Positions 36,360 through 46,946 of a DNA stretch of 64,000 bases are shown in pieces. The translations under genes were made by a program, and so were the position numbers. Positions within the stretch are counted from its first letter, which is position 1, and each line of letters opens with the position of its first letter. The notes beneath the pieces were generated by a model. That model was not told the DNA's origin. It ran no database searches and saw nothing but the letters and a program-made list of their open reading frames with translations. Source of the stretch: an uncultured Gammaproteobacteria bacterium (lineage in GTDB: Bacteria > Patescibacteriota > Patescibacteriia > UBA9934); contig CAYVLY010000002.1 of the NCBI GenBank assembly GCA_964452565.1, positions 119,166 through 183,165 of the forward strand. The letters are read 5' to 3'.

Positions 36360-36971
36360 TTATCGGACGAACCGACGGCGTGGTGGCTGGAATCCGAGGC
36401 TTGCAGGGACCCTCACATACAAGGCATTGCCTCTTTGGTCTACAAACTCTAGGCTCCCAATTTGGGTAAGGGCTGTGAGCAATCCCACGCTAAGCAGTCG
36501 TATTCTAATTACCGAGCTGCCGCGACTAACCATCACTTCGACTTGATCATGGCCGCGGTGATGACGCCTTGAACCAATGCTAAGATCCATGGGGCCACTG
36601 AGCGTCAGTGCGTTGCCAGCACGGCTGATTGGAAAACTGCAACCATTGCGCCCTATCTGAACACACCTGTCACTCGCGTCGTACAGAACTGCGCCCAAGT
36701 CGAACTTCCACGACTCAACATCGAATCCTGGCAAAGACACGTGTTTCAATGCAGTTGACTTGATGAGAACGCTGAGAAGTTCGCAAAACGGAATACCCGC
36801 AATGCTCATCTGAAACCCCTGCCTTTGCATTCGCATGTCAAGCTGCATCTCTACAAACTCTGGGGCTTGCCAGCTTACACTGGCACCGATGACAGTTGGG
36901 GTTGTGAAACTAAGTGGCACATCGCAGGTCGCATAGACCTGCAGCCCGGTATGGGCTCGCGCAGGTTCCAT
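36360..36971 (-). CDS. Hypothetical protein (203 aa)
   Basis: ORF in a mid-GC patch between the tRNA and the pseudouridine synthase gene. No secure motif. Confidence 0.35.
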   Translation of the reverse strand: MEPARAHTGLQVYATCDVPLSFTTPTVIGASVSWQAPEFVEMQLDMRMQRQGFQMSIAGIPFCELLSVLIKSTALKHVSLPGFDVESWKFDLGAVLYDASDRCVQIGRNGCSFPISRAGNALTLSGPMDLSIGSRRHHRGHDQVEVMVSRGSSVIRIRLLSVGLLTALTQIGSLEFVDQRGNALYVRVPASLGFQPPRRRFVR

Positions 36972-37087
36972 GACTTACCTCCGTGTCGAAAAGGAACGCG
37001 ACAAGGCTAACATTTTTAGTCTACCATGTCAATGCCACCAATATCCAATGGCTTGATCTAAGCCCTGCTCCGTGCGATACTGCGGAC

Positions 37088-37999
37088 ATGAAAACTCTGA
37101 AACTGAAAAATGAGGCTCCCGAAAGGCTCGACAAAGTTATTGCTGAACTTCTTGACTTAAGTCGATCAAAAATCGTCAAAATGATAGAAAAAGGCGATAT
37201 TCTTGTTGACGATGAAAAAGCAAACAAGAAAACACTTGTTAGCATCGAAAACAAGATCAAGTACCACATCGAGAAGCCCAAGCGTCAGTTATTCAAGAAA
37301 CAGAAACCAGTGGAGCTTGATGTAATATTTGAAGATGACGATGTACTTGTAGTTAACAAACAAGCCGGGCTGCTAGTGCATCCAACCGAAATAAGTACAG
37401 ACACAACTTTGCGCGATGCTCTTGTTGCACGAAACCGGAAAGTCAAAAAAGTTGGAGATGATGAGCGACGTGCCGGAATTGTACATCGACTTGATAAGTT
37501 CACATCTGGTGTTTTGATCACGGCAAAAACTCAAGAGGCTTTTGAACACCTCAAACAGCAATTCAAAGATCGTAAAACAACCAAAAAATATACTGCACTC
37601 GTGCATGGCACAATGCCAAAACCACATGACACCATCACACTTCCAATTGCTAGATCAAAACAAACAGGAAAGATGGCTGCACGACCAGAGTCTCAAGGTG
37701 GAAAGTCAGCAATCACTCATTACGACGTTATCGAACAGTTCCCTCACCATGCGCTACTCGATGTCAGAATCGAAACCGGACGAACCAATCAAATCCGCGC
37801 GCATATGTTTGCCATCAAACACCCGATTGTTGGTGATCCGCTTTACAAACAGCGAGACCAAAAACTCATGAATATTGACCGCATCTTTTTGCACGCTCGC
37901 GAGCTAACAATCACCATTCCTTCAGGAGAAAAAAAGACATTCACAGCTCCACTTCCCGACAAACTTGAAGAGGTGCTAAAGTCTATTCCGAAAATATAG
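37088..37999 (+). CDS. RluA-family 23S rRNA pseudouridine synthase (RluD/RluC-like) with an N-terminal S4 domain
   Basis: S4-like LDKVIAELLDLSRSKIVKMIEKGDILVD. Catalytic VVNKQAGLLVHP and HRLDKFTSGVLITAKT. Confidence 0.85.
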   Translation: MKTLKLKNEAPERLDKVIAELLDLSRSKIVKMIEKGDILVDDEKANKKTLVSIENKIKYHIEKPKRQLFKKQKPVELDVIFEDDDVLVVNKQAGLLVHPTEISTDTTLRDALVARNRKVKKVGDDERRAGIVHRLDKFTSGVLITAKTQEAFEHLKQQFKDRKTTKKYTALVHGTMPKPHDTITLPIARSKQTGKMAARPESQGGKSAITHYDVIEQFPHHALLDVRIETGRTNQIRAHMFAIKHPIVGDPLYKQRDQKLMNIDRIFLHARELTITIPSGEKKTFTAPLPDKLEEVLKSIPKI

Positions 38000-38001
38000 C
38001 T

Positions 38002-38598
38002 ATGACCTACAAAGAAGCATTAGATAAACTCAAACGCGCTGAGCGGCTCATCATCACTGTTGGTGGTGATATTGGTGCTGGGAAATCAACGTTTGCGAAA
38101 CATCTGGCTGAAGAGCTTGAAATCCCACGAATCTACGTTGGTCAATTTATGCGCGAGGAAGCTGCCAAACGAAAGATCACTCTTGATGAGCTTGGAAAGT
38201 TGCAAGAGAAAGACGATTCTATTGATAAGTACTTCGATGAGATGCAACGCGAACGATCGCAGCATGTTCAGAAAGCGGTTTTCGAGGGCCGCACATCATG
38301 GCACTTTGTTGAGGATCCAACCGTGAAAGTATATCTTTCAGTTGATCCGCAGGTGGCTACTGATCGAATCTGGCGCGATCGAAATGATAAGCGTGATCAA
38401 TATGGAACAAAGGAAGCGCTTCATGCAGCAAATGAAGAGCGTAAACGATCTGAGATAAAACGCTATCAGAAATACTACGGAATTGACTCATACGACATAA
38501 AAAACTACGACATAGTGATTGACACAACAGACTTGACGATAGACGAAGTGTTTGATAAAACAATTCAAGAAATCAGCAAGTCCCGTCCCACCAACTGA
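38002..38598 (+). CDS. Cytidylate kinase-like nucleoside monophosphate kinase
   Basis: P-loop IITVGGDIGAGKSTFAKHLAEEL. Overall (d)CMP-kinase-like length. Confidence 0.6.
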   Translation: MTYKEALDKLKRAERLIITVGGDIGAGKSTFAKHLAEELEIPRIYVGQFMREEAAKRKITLDELGKLQEKDDSIDKYFDEMQRERSQHVQKAVFEGRTSWHFVEDPTVKVYLSVDPQVATDRIWRDRNDKRDQYGTKEALHAANEERKRSEIKRYQKYYGIDSYDIKNYDIVIDTTDLTIDEVFDKTIQEISKSRPTN

Positions 38599-38642
38599 AA
38601 CCACCGCCCTGAGGCGGTGTTTTCTTAGACCAAGAGGAGAGC

Positions 38643-38915
38643 ATGAGAACAACGGAAATAGACCTCACCAATGACGACGGCATCAAGGCATTCGTCAACG
38701 CAAGCTACGACGATCGTACAGAGGCATGGACACAGTTCCTGCAGGGAGCACCGTCCATGGAACAGTGCGGTACGGTCCTGGCTGGACTTCGTAAGCATGG
38801 CATCGAAACTCGTCCCGGACAACCGCCACAGCTGAAGCCCTATGTCGCACACTACGTCCAGAAGCTCATGGCTGCCGAACAGCGCGGCACTGCTCCTCCC
38901 TTGGGCATTCTCTAA
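38643..38915 (+). CDS. Hypothetical protein (90 aa) in a mid-GC cassette
   Basis: RBS GAGGAG upstream of ATG 38643. Followed by direct repeat copy 1. Confidence 0.45.
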   Translation: MRTTEIDLTNDDGIKAFVNASYDDRTEAWTQFLQGAPSMEQCGTVLAGLRKHGIETRPGQPPQLKPYVAHYVQKLMAAEQRGTAPPLGIL

Positions 38916-38957
38916 CCCATCGACCACGCGCGGTCACACCCACACACTCCAGCTCTC

Positions 38958-38978
38958 GGCTGGGGTGTTCTGCTTCTC
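38958..38978 (+). repeat. Direct repeat GGCTGGGGTGTTCTGCTTCTC, copy 1 (about 35 bp of similarity including flanks)
   Basis: Recurs at 39611..39631 with similar upstream context (CACAC...GCTCT). Confidence 0.8.
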
Positions 38979-39100
38979 ACAAGTCACCGGCAGATTCAAT
39001 ATAACCACGAAATAGTTGACAAAACTTGATTTTTGTGGTAGAAAGCTTTGTCGCATGAAGCGATGCCCCAGTGGACATCCTGGGAAACAGAGAGGAGAAA

Positions 39101-39562
39101 ATGGCAAGGAAGACCAGTCCTATGGATAAGGCGGCAGCGGCCGCAGAGAAGGAGTTCGACACTATCCTGAGCGAAGGAACTCCCTCCGCAGAAGATATCA
39201 GCGAGGTCGCCCTTTGGTGGACTACCCACTTCCTCAACGCCGGGCACAAGCGACTCGGTCGCCTGATGGTGAGGGTGTCGAGCATCGGTGTCGATCGCGG
39301 CCTCAAGCCCAATGGTCATCCGGGAGACAACCCCCTCGACCAAGCAGCAGAGGCAGCAAGGGCTGCAATCAGCCAGCGCATCGAAGAGGGAGACATGCCG
39401 AACGATGGTGTGAAAGCTGTCGCTGACTGGCTCAAGAGTCACTATGGTGCCGCTGGACACAAGCGGCTCGGTCGCGTGCTCGTGCAGCACTGCTGTGACC
39501 TCCACGGCATCCAAAACCACCCGGCTATCATCCGCAGATTCATTGCTGGGCCCGAAAAATAG
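39101..39562 (+). CDS. Hypothetical protein with an internal tandem duplication
   Basis: RBS AGAGGAGAAA before ATG 39101. Two copies of W(W/L)..H(F/Y)..AGHKRLGR(L/V)(M/L)V in one polypeptide. Confidence 0.55.
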   Translation: MARKTSPMDKAAAAAEKEFDTILSEGTPSAEDISEVALWWTTHFLNAGHKRLGRLMVRVSSIGVDRGLKPNGHPGDNPLDQAAEAARAAISQRIEEGDMPNDGVKAVADWLKSHYGAAGHKRLGRVLVQHCCDLHGIQNHPAIIRRFIAGPEK

Positions 39563-39610
39563 CCTAGTGTAGAAATACGCGCACCTGGCTACAACACCAC
39601 CCTGGCTCTT

Positions 39611-39631
39611 GGCTGGGGTGTTCTGCTTCTC
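39611..39631 (+). repeat. Direct repeat GGCTGGGGTGTTCTGCTTCTC, copy 2, abutting the -35 of the rplS promoter
   Basis: Exact 21-mer match to 38958..38978. Confidence 0.8.
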
Positions 39632-39660
39632 TTGACAAATTTCGCCAATTTCACTACACT
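39632..39660 (+). promoter_or_regulatory. Sigma-70-like promoter TTGACA-17-TACACT upstream of rplS
   Basis: TTGACA at 39632..39637, a 17-nt spacer, TACACT at 39655..39660, about 70 bp before the rplS start. Confidence 0.5.
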
Positions 39661-39730
39661 TCCCCCTGTTAATCCATCTGTGAATGAAGGGGCCTCTCTT
39701 CCTCTGGCACGGTGAAGTAAAACTCAAAAT

Positions 39731-40276
39731 ATGAGTGACGAAGAAAAGAAAATAAAAGAAGAGCAGAACACAGACGAAAAAAAGCCAGTTGAGTCGGAAA
39801 CAGCTGATGCACCCACCAAAGAGGCAGCTCCAGAAGCTGAGGTTGCAGAAGAAGCAACTAAGGCACCGACTCAGGAAGAAAAAAAGCCAGAGACTGATAC
39901 ACTTCAAGAAGAGCTTCAAGCAGCTGCTGAAGAAAAAACTCCAGTTCAAGAGCTTCCAAACCGAGACATTAAACCTGGAATGCTAATCCGCGTCCATGAA
40001 CGAATCGTTGACATCTCTCCAAAGGGAGAGAAGCGAGAACGTGTGCAGGTGTTTGAAGGTATGGTCATGGGACTCAAGAGCAAGGGAGTTGCTCGAACAA
40101 TGACTGTTCGAAAGGACTCAAAAGGTTTCATGGTAGAAAAGATTTTCCCACTTTCATCTCCGAACATCGCAAAGATCGAGGTAAAGAAACAGTACCGAGT
40201 GCGTCGAGCAAAGCTCAGCCACTTGCGTGGAAAATTCAAGCGAAAGTTGAAGGAGATCAAGGAGGTTCAGAAATAA
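39731..40276 (+). CDS. rplS: 50S ribosomal protein bL19 with an acidic/Lys-rich N-terminal extension
   Basis: The C-terminal 115 aa match the L19 family (MLIRVHERIV...RVQVFEGMVMGLKSKG...VRRAKL). About 65-aa low-complexity extension. Confidence 0.85.
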   Translation: MSDEEKKIKEEQNTDEKKPVESETADAPTKEAAPEAEVAEEATKAPTQEEKKPETDTLQEELQAAAEEKTPVQELPNRDIKPGMLIRVHERIVDISPKGEKRERVQVFEGMVMGLKSKGVARTMTVRKDSKGFMVEKIFPLSSPNIAKIEVKKQYRVRRAKLSHLRGKFKRKLKEIKEVQK

Positions 40277-40278
40277 CA

Positions 40279-40323
40279 ACAGAACCCAGCCGAAGGCCCT
40301 GAGCCTATCGAAGGGAACACAGA
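40279..40323. repeat. 45-bp repeat ACAGAACCCAGCCGAAGGCCCTGAGCCT(A/G)TCGAAGGGAACACAGA, intergenic copy
   Basis: 44 of 45 identical to 57479..57523. Flanked by cagaaca-type short repeats. Confidence 0.85.
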
Positions 40324-40330
40324 TCAAAGG

Positions 40331-40352
40331 ACCGCCGCAAGGCGGTTCTTTT
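40331..40352 (+). terminator. Rho-independent terminator after rplS
   Basis: ACCGCC-gcaa-GGCGGT stem-loop followed by TCTTTT. Confidence 0.65.
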
Positions 40353-40437
40353 ATATTGACAGAAAGACATAAAACTGGTAGTCTCCAAAGTCGAAAGACT
40401 TGAGTGTGGGCATCCCGCCCGCCTCTTGGAGGGAAAC

Positions 40438-40908
40438 ATGAACAGAAAACTCGCGATGCTGGCCATCGCCTCCACCTTCCTGGCCTCCTGCGCCTTGAGC
40501 AAAGGTACCGGCCTCACCGATTGCCACGATGCACACGGCTTTGTCAGTGACACGGTCTGGATCTCAGGATCTGTCAGGCGGCCGATCAAGGTCGCCAAGA
40601 CGATCGAACAGCATGCTCACCAATTCGATCACTGCAAGAACTTCTCTGATGTGCGTGGGACCACCAGCGAACAACGTCCGGGTGTCAGGCTCATCATACG
40701 CGAAGTACCCCAAGAAATCACCGTAGAGGTGATGGTGCAGTCCAACGGCACCCCCATCGAAGGTGGTGGGCGCACGGAATACGAATCGCCCATGGAAACT
40801 TGCTATCGGGAAACCATGGAGATGATTGGCTTTCCTGCCTGCACAGGCCCGAACTACTACACGGTCATGTGGTTCCCGGATCGTGACCAGAAAACCCCCG
40901 CCCCATAG
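40438..40908 (+). CDS. Putative lipoprotein
   Basis: MNRKLAMLAIASTFLASC signal peptide with lipobox. Higher-GC gene. Confidence 0.55.
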   Translation: MNRKLAMLAIASTFLASCALSKGTGLTDCHDAHGFVSDTVWISGSVRRPIKVAKTIEQHAHQFDHCKNFSDVRGTTSEQRPGVRLIIREVPQEITVEVMVQSNGTPIEGGGRTEYESPMETCYRETMEMIGFPACTGPNYYTVMWFPDRDQKTPAP

Positions 40909-40937
40909 GCAGCAGACCGACGCGCTGTCTCGTTCGT

Positions 40938-40969
40938 CCGCCCCACCCCGGGGCGGTTTCTGATTTTTT
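40938..40969 (+). terminator. Rho-independent terminator (plus strand) between convergent genes
   Basis: CCGCCCC-acc-CCGGGGCGG then TTTCTGATTTTTT. Confidence 0.6.
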
Positions 40970-40975
40970 AAAAAC

Positions 40976-40999
40976 CCCCTGGCCACGCCAGGGATTTTT
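40976..40999 (-). terminator. Rho-independent terminator for the minus-strand gene 41021..41824
   Basis: CCCTGGC-cac-GCCAGGG with a T-run when read on the minus strand. Confidence 0.55.
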
Positions 41000-41020
41000 G
41001 TTAAATATGTCTAAATTTTT

Positions 41021-41824
41021 TTACGCTGCCAACTTTATAACTTGACTATCTACCCCTTTCTCATCACCCTCAGCACTTCGTGCACCGCCCTCATCTAATA
41101 TCTGACGCTCACCAACGATGTACAATTCATCTGAAGCATTTGGTGTCCAATGTATTGCCATTTCATGCATAGGAAGTGCGTGATCCTCACCTACATGCAC
41201 ACCCTGCTCTTCGAGAGCGCCTCTCATATCATCAACTTTGCGCTGTATACTTTCTTCACTCCAACCATATTCATATTTCTGACTCTTGACCCCCATGGTC
41301 CTTAATAGTGTCAGTTCCACAGATTCAAAATCAACATCAGCATCTTTCATAGCATCTGCAATCTTACCAGCCGAATATTCCCTGGTATCATGACCCCAAT
41401 GTCTATCATCATCTTCTTCCTTATAATTACCCCACCCGAGCCTAGAGCGTGGTGTTAAATGGACCATGATGACACGATCCTCGCCCTCCGAAGACTTACC
41501 AATACCAAATGCAACCATACATCCAGAAACTCTATTTGTTAGCAATTCATGCCCCTCTGATAAAATGACACCTGAATCAGTGGGCACAATTCCCGCCTTG
41601 CCATCTGGAACCTCGGCCATAGCAATATCCCCCATGCGGACATGGATCTTTTGACTGACCCTATCTTCCCCATCAACAATATTCGATAAATCTGCGGTCT
41701 GACGATTTTCAAATTTTTGTGTATAAAGATCTAATATCATCTTTCGTGTTAATACTGCTCCGGATGGCTCTCTTTGTTCACTATGAGCCTCCTGGCTAAT
41801 ATGATCTCTTTTTAGTTCATTCAT
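41021..41824 (-). CDS. Hypothetical protein (267 aa)
   Basis: Long low-GC ORF with host-like codon usage. No motif recognised. Confidence 0.55.
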   Translation of the reverse strand: MNELKRDHISQEAHSEQREPSGAVLTRKMILDLYTQKFENRQTADLSNIVDGEDRVSQKIHVRMGDIAMAEVPDGKAGIVPTDSGVILSEGHELLTNRVSGCMVAFGIGKSSEGEDRVIMVHLTPRSRLGWGNYKEEDDDRHWGHDTREYSAGKIADAMKDADVDFESVELTLLRTMGVKSQKYEYGWSEESIQRKVDDMRGALEEQGVHVGEDHALPMHEMAIHWTPNASDELYIVGERQILDEGGARSAEGDEKGVDSQVIKLAA

Positions 41825-41942
41825 ATAAAGACATATTATATTAAAACTCCCCTTTTGGGGAGTCTTATAGATCCTTCGACTCGGCCAGACAAGCTGACCT
41901 CGCTCAGGATGACGGCTTCTGGAATACAGCTATCCGCTACCG

Positions 41943-44876
41943 TCATTTCTTTTTTGACTTTGCTGTGCCCTTTTTCTTCATTGCCTCTTTAAGATACTTT
42001 CCAGTGAACGTTTTTGCTTTTGCGATTTCCTTAGGTGTTCCTTCGCCAATTATCTTTCCGCCTTTGATTCCACCTTCTGGTCCCATGTCGATAAGCCAAT
42101 CAGATGATTTCATTACATCTGTGTTGTGTTCGATAACTAATACAGTATTACCTTTATCAACCAATGCATGTAGCACGCCAAGTAGACGCTCAATGTCATC
42201 AAAGTGAAGTCCTGTTGTTGGCTCATCAAGAATGTATAGGGTCTTTCCGGTTGCACGTCGAGACAACTCAGTTGAAAGCTTCACGCGCTGCGCCTCACCT
42301 CCAGACAAGGTCGTGGCGGGTTGTCCAAGTGTTAAATACCCAAGTCCAACCTCATGTAACACATTGAGCTTTTCGTAGATGTTTGATCGATCCGCAAAGA
42401 AACGTCGCGCTTCATCAACTGTCATGTTCAAAACATCAGCAATGTTCTTCTGACGATAGTGAATATCAAGCACCTCTTGAACATATCGATTTCCCTTACA
42501 CTCAGGACACGGCGCATATACATCTGGCATGAATTGCATCTCGATTCTAATCTGTCCATCTCCAGAACAGGCCTCGCAACGACCTCCGCCCTTTACATTA
42601 AAGCTAAACTTTCCAGCATCATATCCACGCAACTTCGCCTCTGATACTTCTGTAAACAAATCTCGAATTGCAGTGAACACGCCGGTATATGTAGCAGGGT
42701 TTGAACGAGGAGTTCGTCCAATCGGAGACTGATCAACTGTCACCACCTTGTCAATACTCTTTATTCCTTTAATCTCCTTATGCTCTCCTGGATAAGCTTT
42801 TGCACGGTAAAAGTGCTTTGAAAGTGCCTTTCCGAGGATATCGAGGATCAACGTTGACTTACCTGAGCCTGATACTCCAGTAACACAGACTAGCTTTCCA
42901 AGAGGAACCTCAGCTGTGACATTCTCAAGGTTGTGCTGGTTGGCGCCAACGATTGTAATCTTCTTATTGTTCCCTTTTCGATATTGTTTTGGGGTCTTAA
43001 GCGTCTTTCGCCCCATCAGATAATCACCAGTTAAAGAATCCTTATCTTTCATCATTTGTGCCGGAGTTCCTTCAGCAACAATCTGACCACCATAGGCTCC
43101 TGCTCCTGGTCCAACATCAAATACATAGTCAGCGGCCTTAATCATGTCTTCATCATGCTCAACAACAATCACAGAGTTTCCAAGATCACGAAGATGTTTA
43201 ATAGTTTCGATTAGATGCTCATTGTCACGCGGATGAAGCCCAATAGATGGTTCATCAAGAACATAGATCACTCCTGAAAGCGCTGCTCCAAGCTGAGTCG
43301 CTAGACGGACACGTTGAGACTCACCGCCTGAAAGCGTCATAGCACATCGATCAAGGGTAAGGTATCCGAGCCCAACATCGATTAAATGCTGAACACGCTC
43401 ACGAACTTCTTTTGCAACTCGCTCAACGACTAGTGCGTAAGCATCTGAAAGGTCACTATCTCCATTGAGCTTCTCAGCCTCAGCAAGCACATCATCAAAG
43501 AAACCTGGGACATCCTCGATCGGACGGGAAACAACATCAGCAATAGACTGATCATTGATTGTGAAAAGTAGCACCTCTTTGCGAAGACGCTGGCCACCAC
43601 AATCCGGGCATGTCATTGAACGCATGTATGTTTCAAGCTCTTTGCGAACATACTCACTAGAAGTTTCACGATACTTTTGCTCAAGCATTCCAATAACTCC
43701 CGGGAATGTAATCTTACGACCACCAACTTCATATTCAGTGCCTCCTGTTCCGTTAAGAACTATGTCAAGTTTCTTTTGCGTAAACTTCTCTAGTGGATCG
43801 TGCATGCTAAACTTTTGCTTTTTCGCAACAGTTTGAAGTACTTCCATGTACCCGCTTTGATTTCCCGCAATTCTACTCCAAGGCTTTACTGCACCCTGCG
43901 CCAAAGTCAATCGCTTGTTTGGCACAACAAGATCTGGTTCCAAAACCAATTTGACGCCAAGCCCAGTACATTCAGGACAAGCGCCAGCTGGGGAGTTAAA
44001 TGAAAATAGTCGTGGCTCAAGCTTTGGAATCTGCATTCCACTTGGTAGATGATATCCCTGAACCAATTCCTCCTCGTCACCCGTGTCGTCTCGGTACATA
44101 AGCAGACGATCGTTTCCAAGATCAAGCGCTTTTTCAAGAATTACGCGCATGCGCTCTATTGGCACATCCTCCTTTACATCAAATCTATGCGCGAGAATCT
44201 CAATTGTATGTTTTTTTGTTTTTTGTTTGCGCATTCCAATAGCCTCATCCAGATCCATCATCAAACCATCGTATCGAACCTCATCAAAACCAGCATTCTT
44301 GGCAGCAATCAAAACCTGTTGATGCTCACCCTTTTGGTCTTCAACCATTGGAATGAAAAGCATGACCTCACCACCCTTTATAGCTACTGTAACTTGTGTA
44401 GCAATATCCTCGAGCGTTCTCTGTTCGATTAACTTACCTGTCTCAGGATGATGCGGCTGTGCAACACGGGAAAATAAAACACGCAGATAGTCATAGATCT
44501 CCGTGACTGTTCCCACAGTTGAGCGTGGGTTGTGTGAAGAAGACTTTTGATCAATCGCGATTGTTGGAGAAAGTCCAGTGATCTCGTCAACGTCAGGCTT
44601 GTCCTGAAGTTCCAAGAACTGCTTTGCATAACTTGAAAGCGACTCCATGTATCTACGTTGCCCTTCGGCATAGATCGTATCAAACGCCAGGGATGATTTT
44701 CCTGAACCAGAGAGTCCGGTTATCACCACAAGCTCATTCTTTGGTATGTCGCAATTTACGTTTTTAAGGTTATGCACTCTTGCACCGCGAATAGTCAATT
44801 TGTCTTCGTTTTTCACACGCGAATTGTTATGAATGTAAGCGACGACGACAATATCATATATTTTGATAAGTGGCAA
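41943..44876 (-). CDS. uvrA: Excinuclease ABC subunit A
   Basis: Two ABC ATPase modules ([23 protein letters not shown] and [11 protein letters not shown]), zinc-finger Cys pairs, LSGGE signatures. 977 aa. Confidence 0.93.
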   Translation of the reverse strand: MPLIKIYDIVVVAYIHNNSRVKNEDKLTIRGARVHNLKNVNCDIPKNELVVITGLSGSGKSSLAFDTIYAEGQRRYMESLSSYAKQFLELQDKPDVDEITGLSPTIAIDQKSSSHNPRSTVGTVTEIYDYLRVLFSRVAQPHHPETGKLIEQRTLEDIATQVTVAIKGGEVMLFIPMVEDQKGEHQQVLIAAKNAGFDEVRYDGLMMDLDEAIGMRKQKTKKHTIEILAHRFDVKEDVPIERMRVILEKALDLGNDRLLMYRDDTGDEEELVQGYHLPSGMQIPKLEPRLFSFNSPAGACPECTGLGVKLVLEPDLVVPNKRLTLAQGAVKPWSRIAGNQSGYMEVLQTVAKKQKFSMHDPLEKFTQKKLDIVLNGTGGTEYEVGGRKITFPGVIGMLEQKYRETSSEYVRKELETYMRSMTCPDCGGQRLRKEVLLFTINDQSIADVVSRPIEDVPGFFDDVLAEAEKLNGDSDLSDAYALVVERVAKEVRERVQHLIDVGLGYLTLDRCAMTLSGGESQRVRLATQLGAALSGVIYVLDEPSIGLHPRDNEHLIETIKHLRDLGNSVIVVEHDEDMIKAADYVFDVGPGAGAYGGQIVAEGTPAQMMKDKDSLTGDYLMGRKTLKTPKQYRKGNNKKITIVGANQHNLENVTAEVPLGKLVCVTGVSGSGKSTLILDILGKALSKHFYRAKAYPGEHKEIKGIKSIDKVVTVDQSPIGRTPRSNPATYTGVFTAIRDLFTEVSEAKLRGYDAGKFSFNVKGGGRCEACSGDGQIRIEMQFMPDVYAPCPECKGNRYVQEVLDIHYRQKNIADVLNMTVDEARRFFADRSNIYEKLNVLHEVGLGYLTLGQPATTLSGGEAQRVKLSTELSRRATGKTLYILDEPTTGLHFDDIERLLGVLHALVDKGNTVLVIEHNTDVMKSSDWLIDMGPEGGIKGGKIIGEGTPKEIAKAKTFTGKYLKEAMKKKGTAKSKKK

Positions 44877-44909
44877 GACTGAGACTGCGTAATCAAAAAA
44901 CCGACCCTA

Positions 44910-44995
44910 TTTTCCATCCCGAGTGTTAGTCGACCTGCCTGCCGGCAGGCAGGGGGATCTCTCGACTCGTCCTTCGGACTCGCTCGAGATGGAAA
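44910..44995. repeat. Palindromic intergenic element (REP/MITE-like), copy 1
   Basis: TTTTCCATCCCGAG...CTCGAGATGGAAA with internal CCTGCCTGCCGGCAGGCAGG and a GGATCTCTCGACTCG core. Related copies at 54870 and 63943. Confidence 0.7.
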
Positions 44996-45015
44996 TATTC
45001 ATGGATCGGTTTTTT

Positions 45016-45034
45016 ATAATCACTTTTAATCACC
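45016..45034. promoter_or_regulatory. Direct-repeat motif ATAATCAC-ttt-TAATCACC (candidate regulator binding site), copy 1
   Basis: About 40-bp region roughly 85% identical to 48888..48932. Confidence 0.4.
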
Positions 45035-45049
45035 TTTTCATCCTCTTCC

Positions 45050-46600
45050 TCACCACGTCGGATTGCAATCTACATCTTCTCCATCCTCATCCCTACAATC
45101 CATCAAACCATATCCAGAGGATTCAGAGTTCGCGCAATTTACAATAAGCTCATCTCCAGCAAATCCAGCCGCAGTGGCAAGTGCTGCAACAACTGGAATC
45201 GCTGCACCACCCGTAATAACAATGCCGGGGACCCCTAAGACAGTCACTATGACAGCCGCCTCGCCATCAAGGTCCAACTGAAATACCGCACACTGCTCAC
45301 CTTCTGGCGCCAATCCGCATGGATCATTTATACAAATCTCCTCCAACCAAGGATAGTTCTCATCACCACTCTCAATATCATCGATTGGCTCATACTCTAG
45401 CTCCTGCTCTCCAACGTCCAATAACTCTGGGTCTAAGTATGTAGCAAGAACAAGGTCGTACGCTCGACAACTCTCACTATCCCCATCCTCTGCATCTTGA
45501 CGCAGCTGATCGCAGTCTAGGGAATTGCCCTCTTCTGGATATACAAGCTCTACACAAGCAGTGTATGAAACTCCCAAATCAAACAGACCGGGATCATACT
45601 CACAGTAATAGAGATCATCATCATCTGGCTCAGGATCGCTTGCAAGTAATGACTCACATGCACTGTCACTTGGAGTAACGCCTTGTGAATGCGCAAATCC
45701 ACAACGAACACATTCATAACCAGTAGCACTCTCTGTCGAGCTCATGCAAGTTTCCATTGGATCTTCTGTCTCTCCATCATCTTCATAGCACGTTGACCAT
45801 ATACATTCGGTGCCATCTGTTATCGACGTCTGAACATCTTCAAACCCCTCACGAAATCCATCAACAATACCCGTATCACCGCATGCATCAGTATCCGCGG
45901 TAATATTCAACCCCGCCTCTTCCATAACTTCACAAGTCGAACTTGGATCTAAGAAAACAATGGTTCGAATCTTTGGCGGACTCAATCGATTGAAAGTCGT
46001 GAAGCTTGGATCAACTAGGTTTGCAATCGCATAGGTTGCAAACAGAAGAATAATCCCCACCACTGCATTTTTGATTCGTGTTTTTGCCTTACCAACTTTT
46101 TCTGGCTTTCCACGTGCCAACATGTACTGTAAACCACCAAGCATGATAATTACGATTGCCAGAAGTGATCCAGCGGTTAGTACCCAACTGTATGCAGCGT
46201 TTATGTAATCCCCTAAACTGTCAGACTCAGTAAAACTTCCAATGGCAACGTTAAGGCTAACTGCCTCAGGTTCTGAATAGCAGCGACCCTCACCCGGTAA
46301 ACAGTTTGTTGCCTGTCCTTCCCACTCGCCTTCGAGTTCACCAGTCTCAGTTGATGTCTCACACTCATACTGAGTCCAACACATTGTATTGTATTGCGGC
46401 TCAAGATCACTCTGATCTTCTGTGTAACATCCAAGGTAATCATCACAGGCGTCCTGGCAGGCTGCCACATCTTCTGACTCTCCATTTTCATATGCACCCC
46501 CACTCGACTCGCACCAACAGGCACAGGTATCTGCCAAAACAAAAGATGGCAGAACACAGAACGCGGAAAGCAGAATAAATAAAACTAACAAACGTTTCAT
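45050..46600 (-). CDS. Large Cys-rich acidic secreted/membrane protein
   Basis: Signal peptide MKRLLVLFILLSAFCVLPSFVLA. Two central TM helices. Many Cys and Asp/Glu residues. Confidence 0.6.
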   Translation of the reverse strand: MKRLLVLFILLSAFCVLPSFVLADTCACWCESSGGAYENGESEDVAACQDACDDYLGCYTEDQSDLEPQYNTMCWTQYECETSTETGELEGEWEGQATNCLPGEGRCYSEPEAVSLNVAIGSFTESDSLGDYINAAYSWVLTAGSLLAIVIIMLGGLQYMLARGKPEKVGKAKTRIKNAVVGIILLFATYAIANLVDPSFTTFNRLSPPKIRTIVFLDPSSTCEVMEEAGLNITADTDACGDTGIVDGFREGFEDVQTSITDGTECIWSTCYEDDGETEDPMETCMSSTESATGYECVRCGFAHSQGVTPSDSACESLLASDPEPDDDDLYYCEYDPGLFDLGVSYTACVELVYPEEGNSLDCDQLRQDAEDGDSESCRAYDLVLATYLDPELLDVGEQELEYEPIDDIESGDENYPWLEEICINDPCGLAPEGEQCAVFQLDLDGEAAVIVTVLGVPGIVITGGAAIPVVAALATAAGFAGDELIVNCANSESSGYGLMDCRDEDGEDVDCNPTW

Positions 46601-46690
46601 ACAGCTATATTGTAGCATGAAAGAGACATGATCATATGCTATACTGTGAGCATTGACGCATAAGGCTAATCCTGCTAGGATCTTACCGTT

Positions 46691-46900
46691 ATGACATTAG
46701 ACATTATACAATTTATCCTTGCTATTTTGCTGGTTGGAGCAGTGCTTATCCAGTCAAAAAACGCAGGACTTGGATCAATCTTTGGAGGAAGTGACAATGT
46801 ACAAACAACTCGACGTGGAGTTGAGAGAAAACTGCACATTACAACAATTGTGATCGCAATTTTGTTCTTTGCTATCTCGCTTCTCAACGTCTTGTACTAG
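46691..46900 (+). CDS. secG: Preprotein translocase subunit SecG
   Basis: 69-aa two-TM protein with LGSIFGGS motif characteristic of SecG. Confidence 0.75.
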   Translation: MTLDIIQFILAILLVGAVLIQSKNAGLGSIFGGSDNVQTTRRGVERKLHITTIVIAILFFAISLLNVLY

Positions 46901-46946
46901 ATAGATCCCTCGCAAGCTTTTTATTGAAAGCCGCGAACCGACAAAC

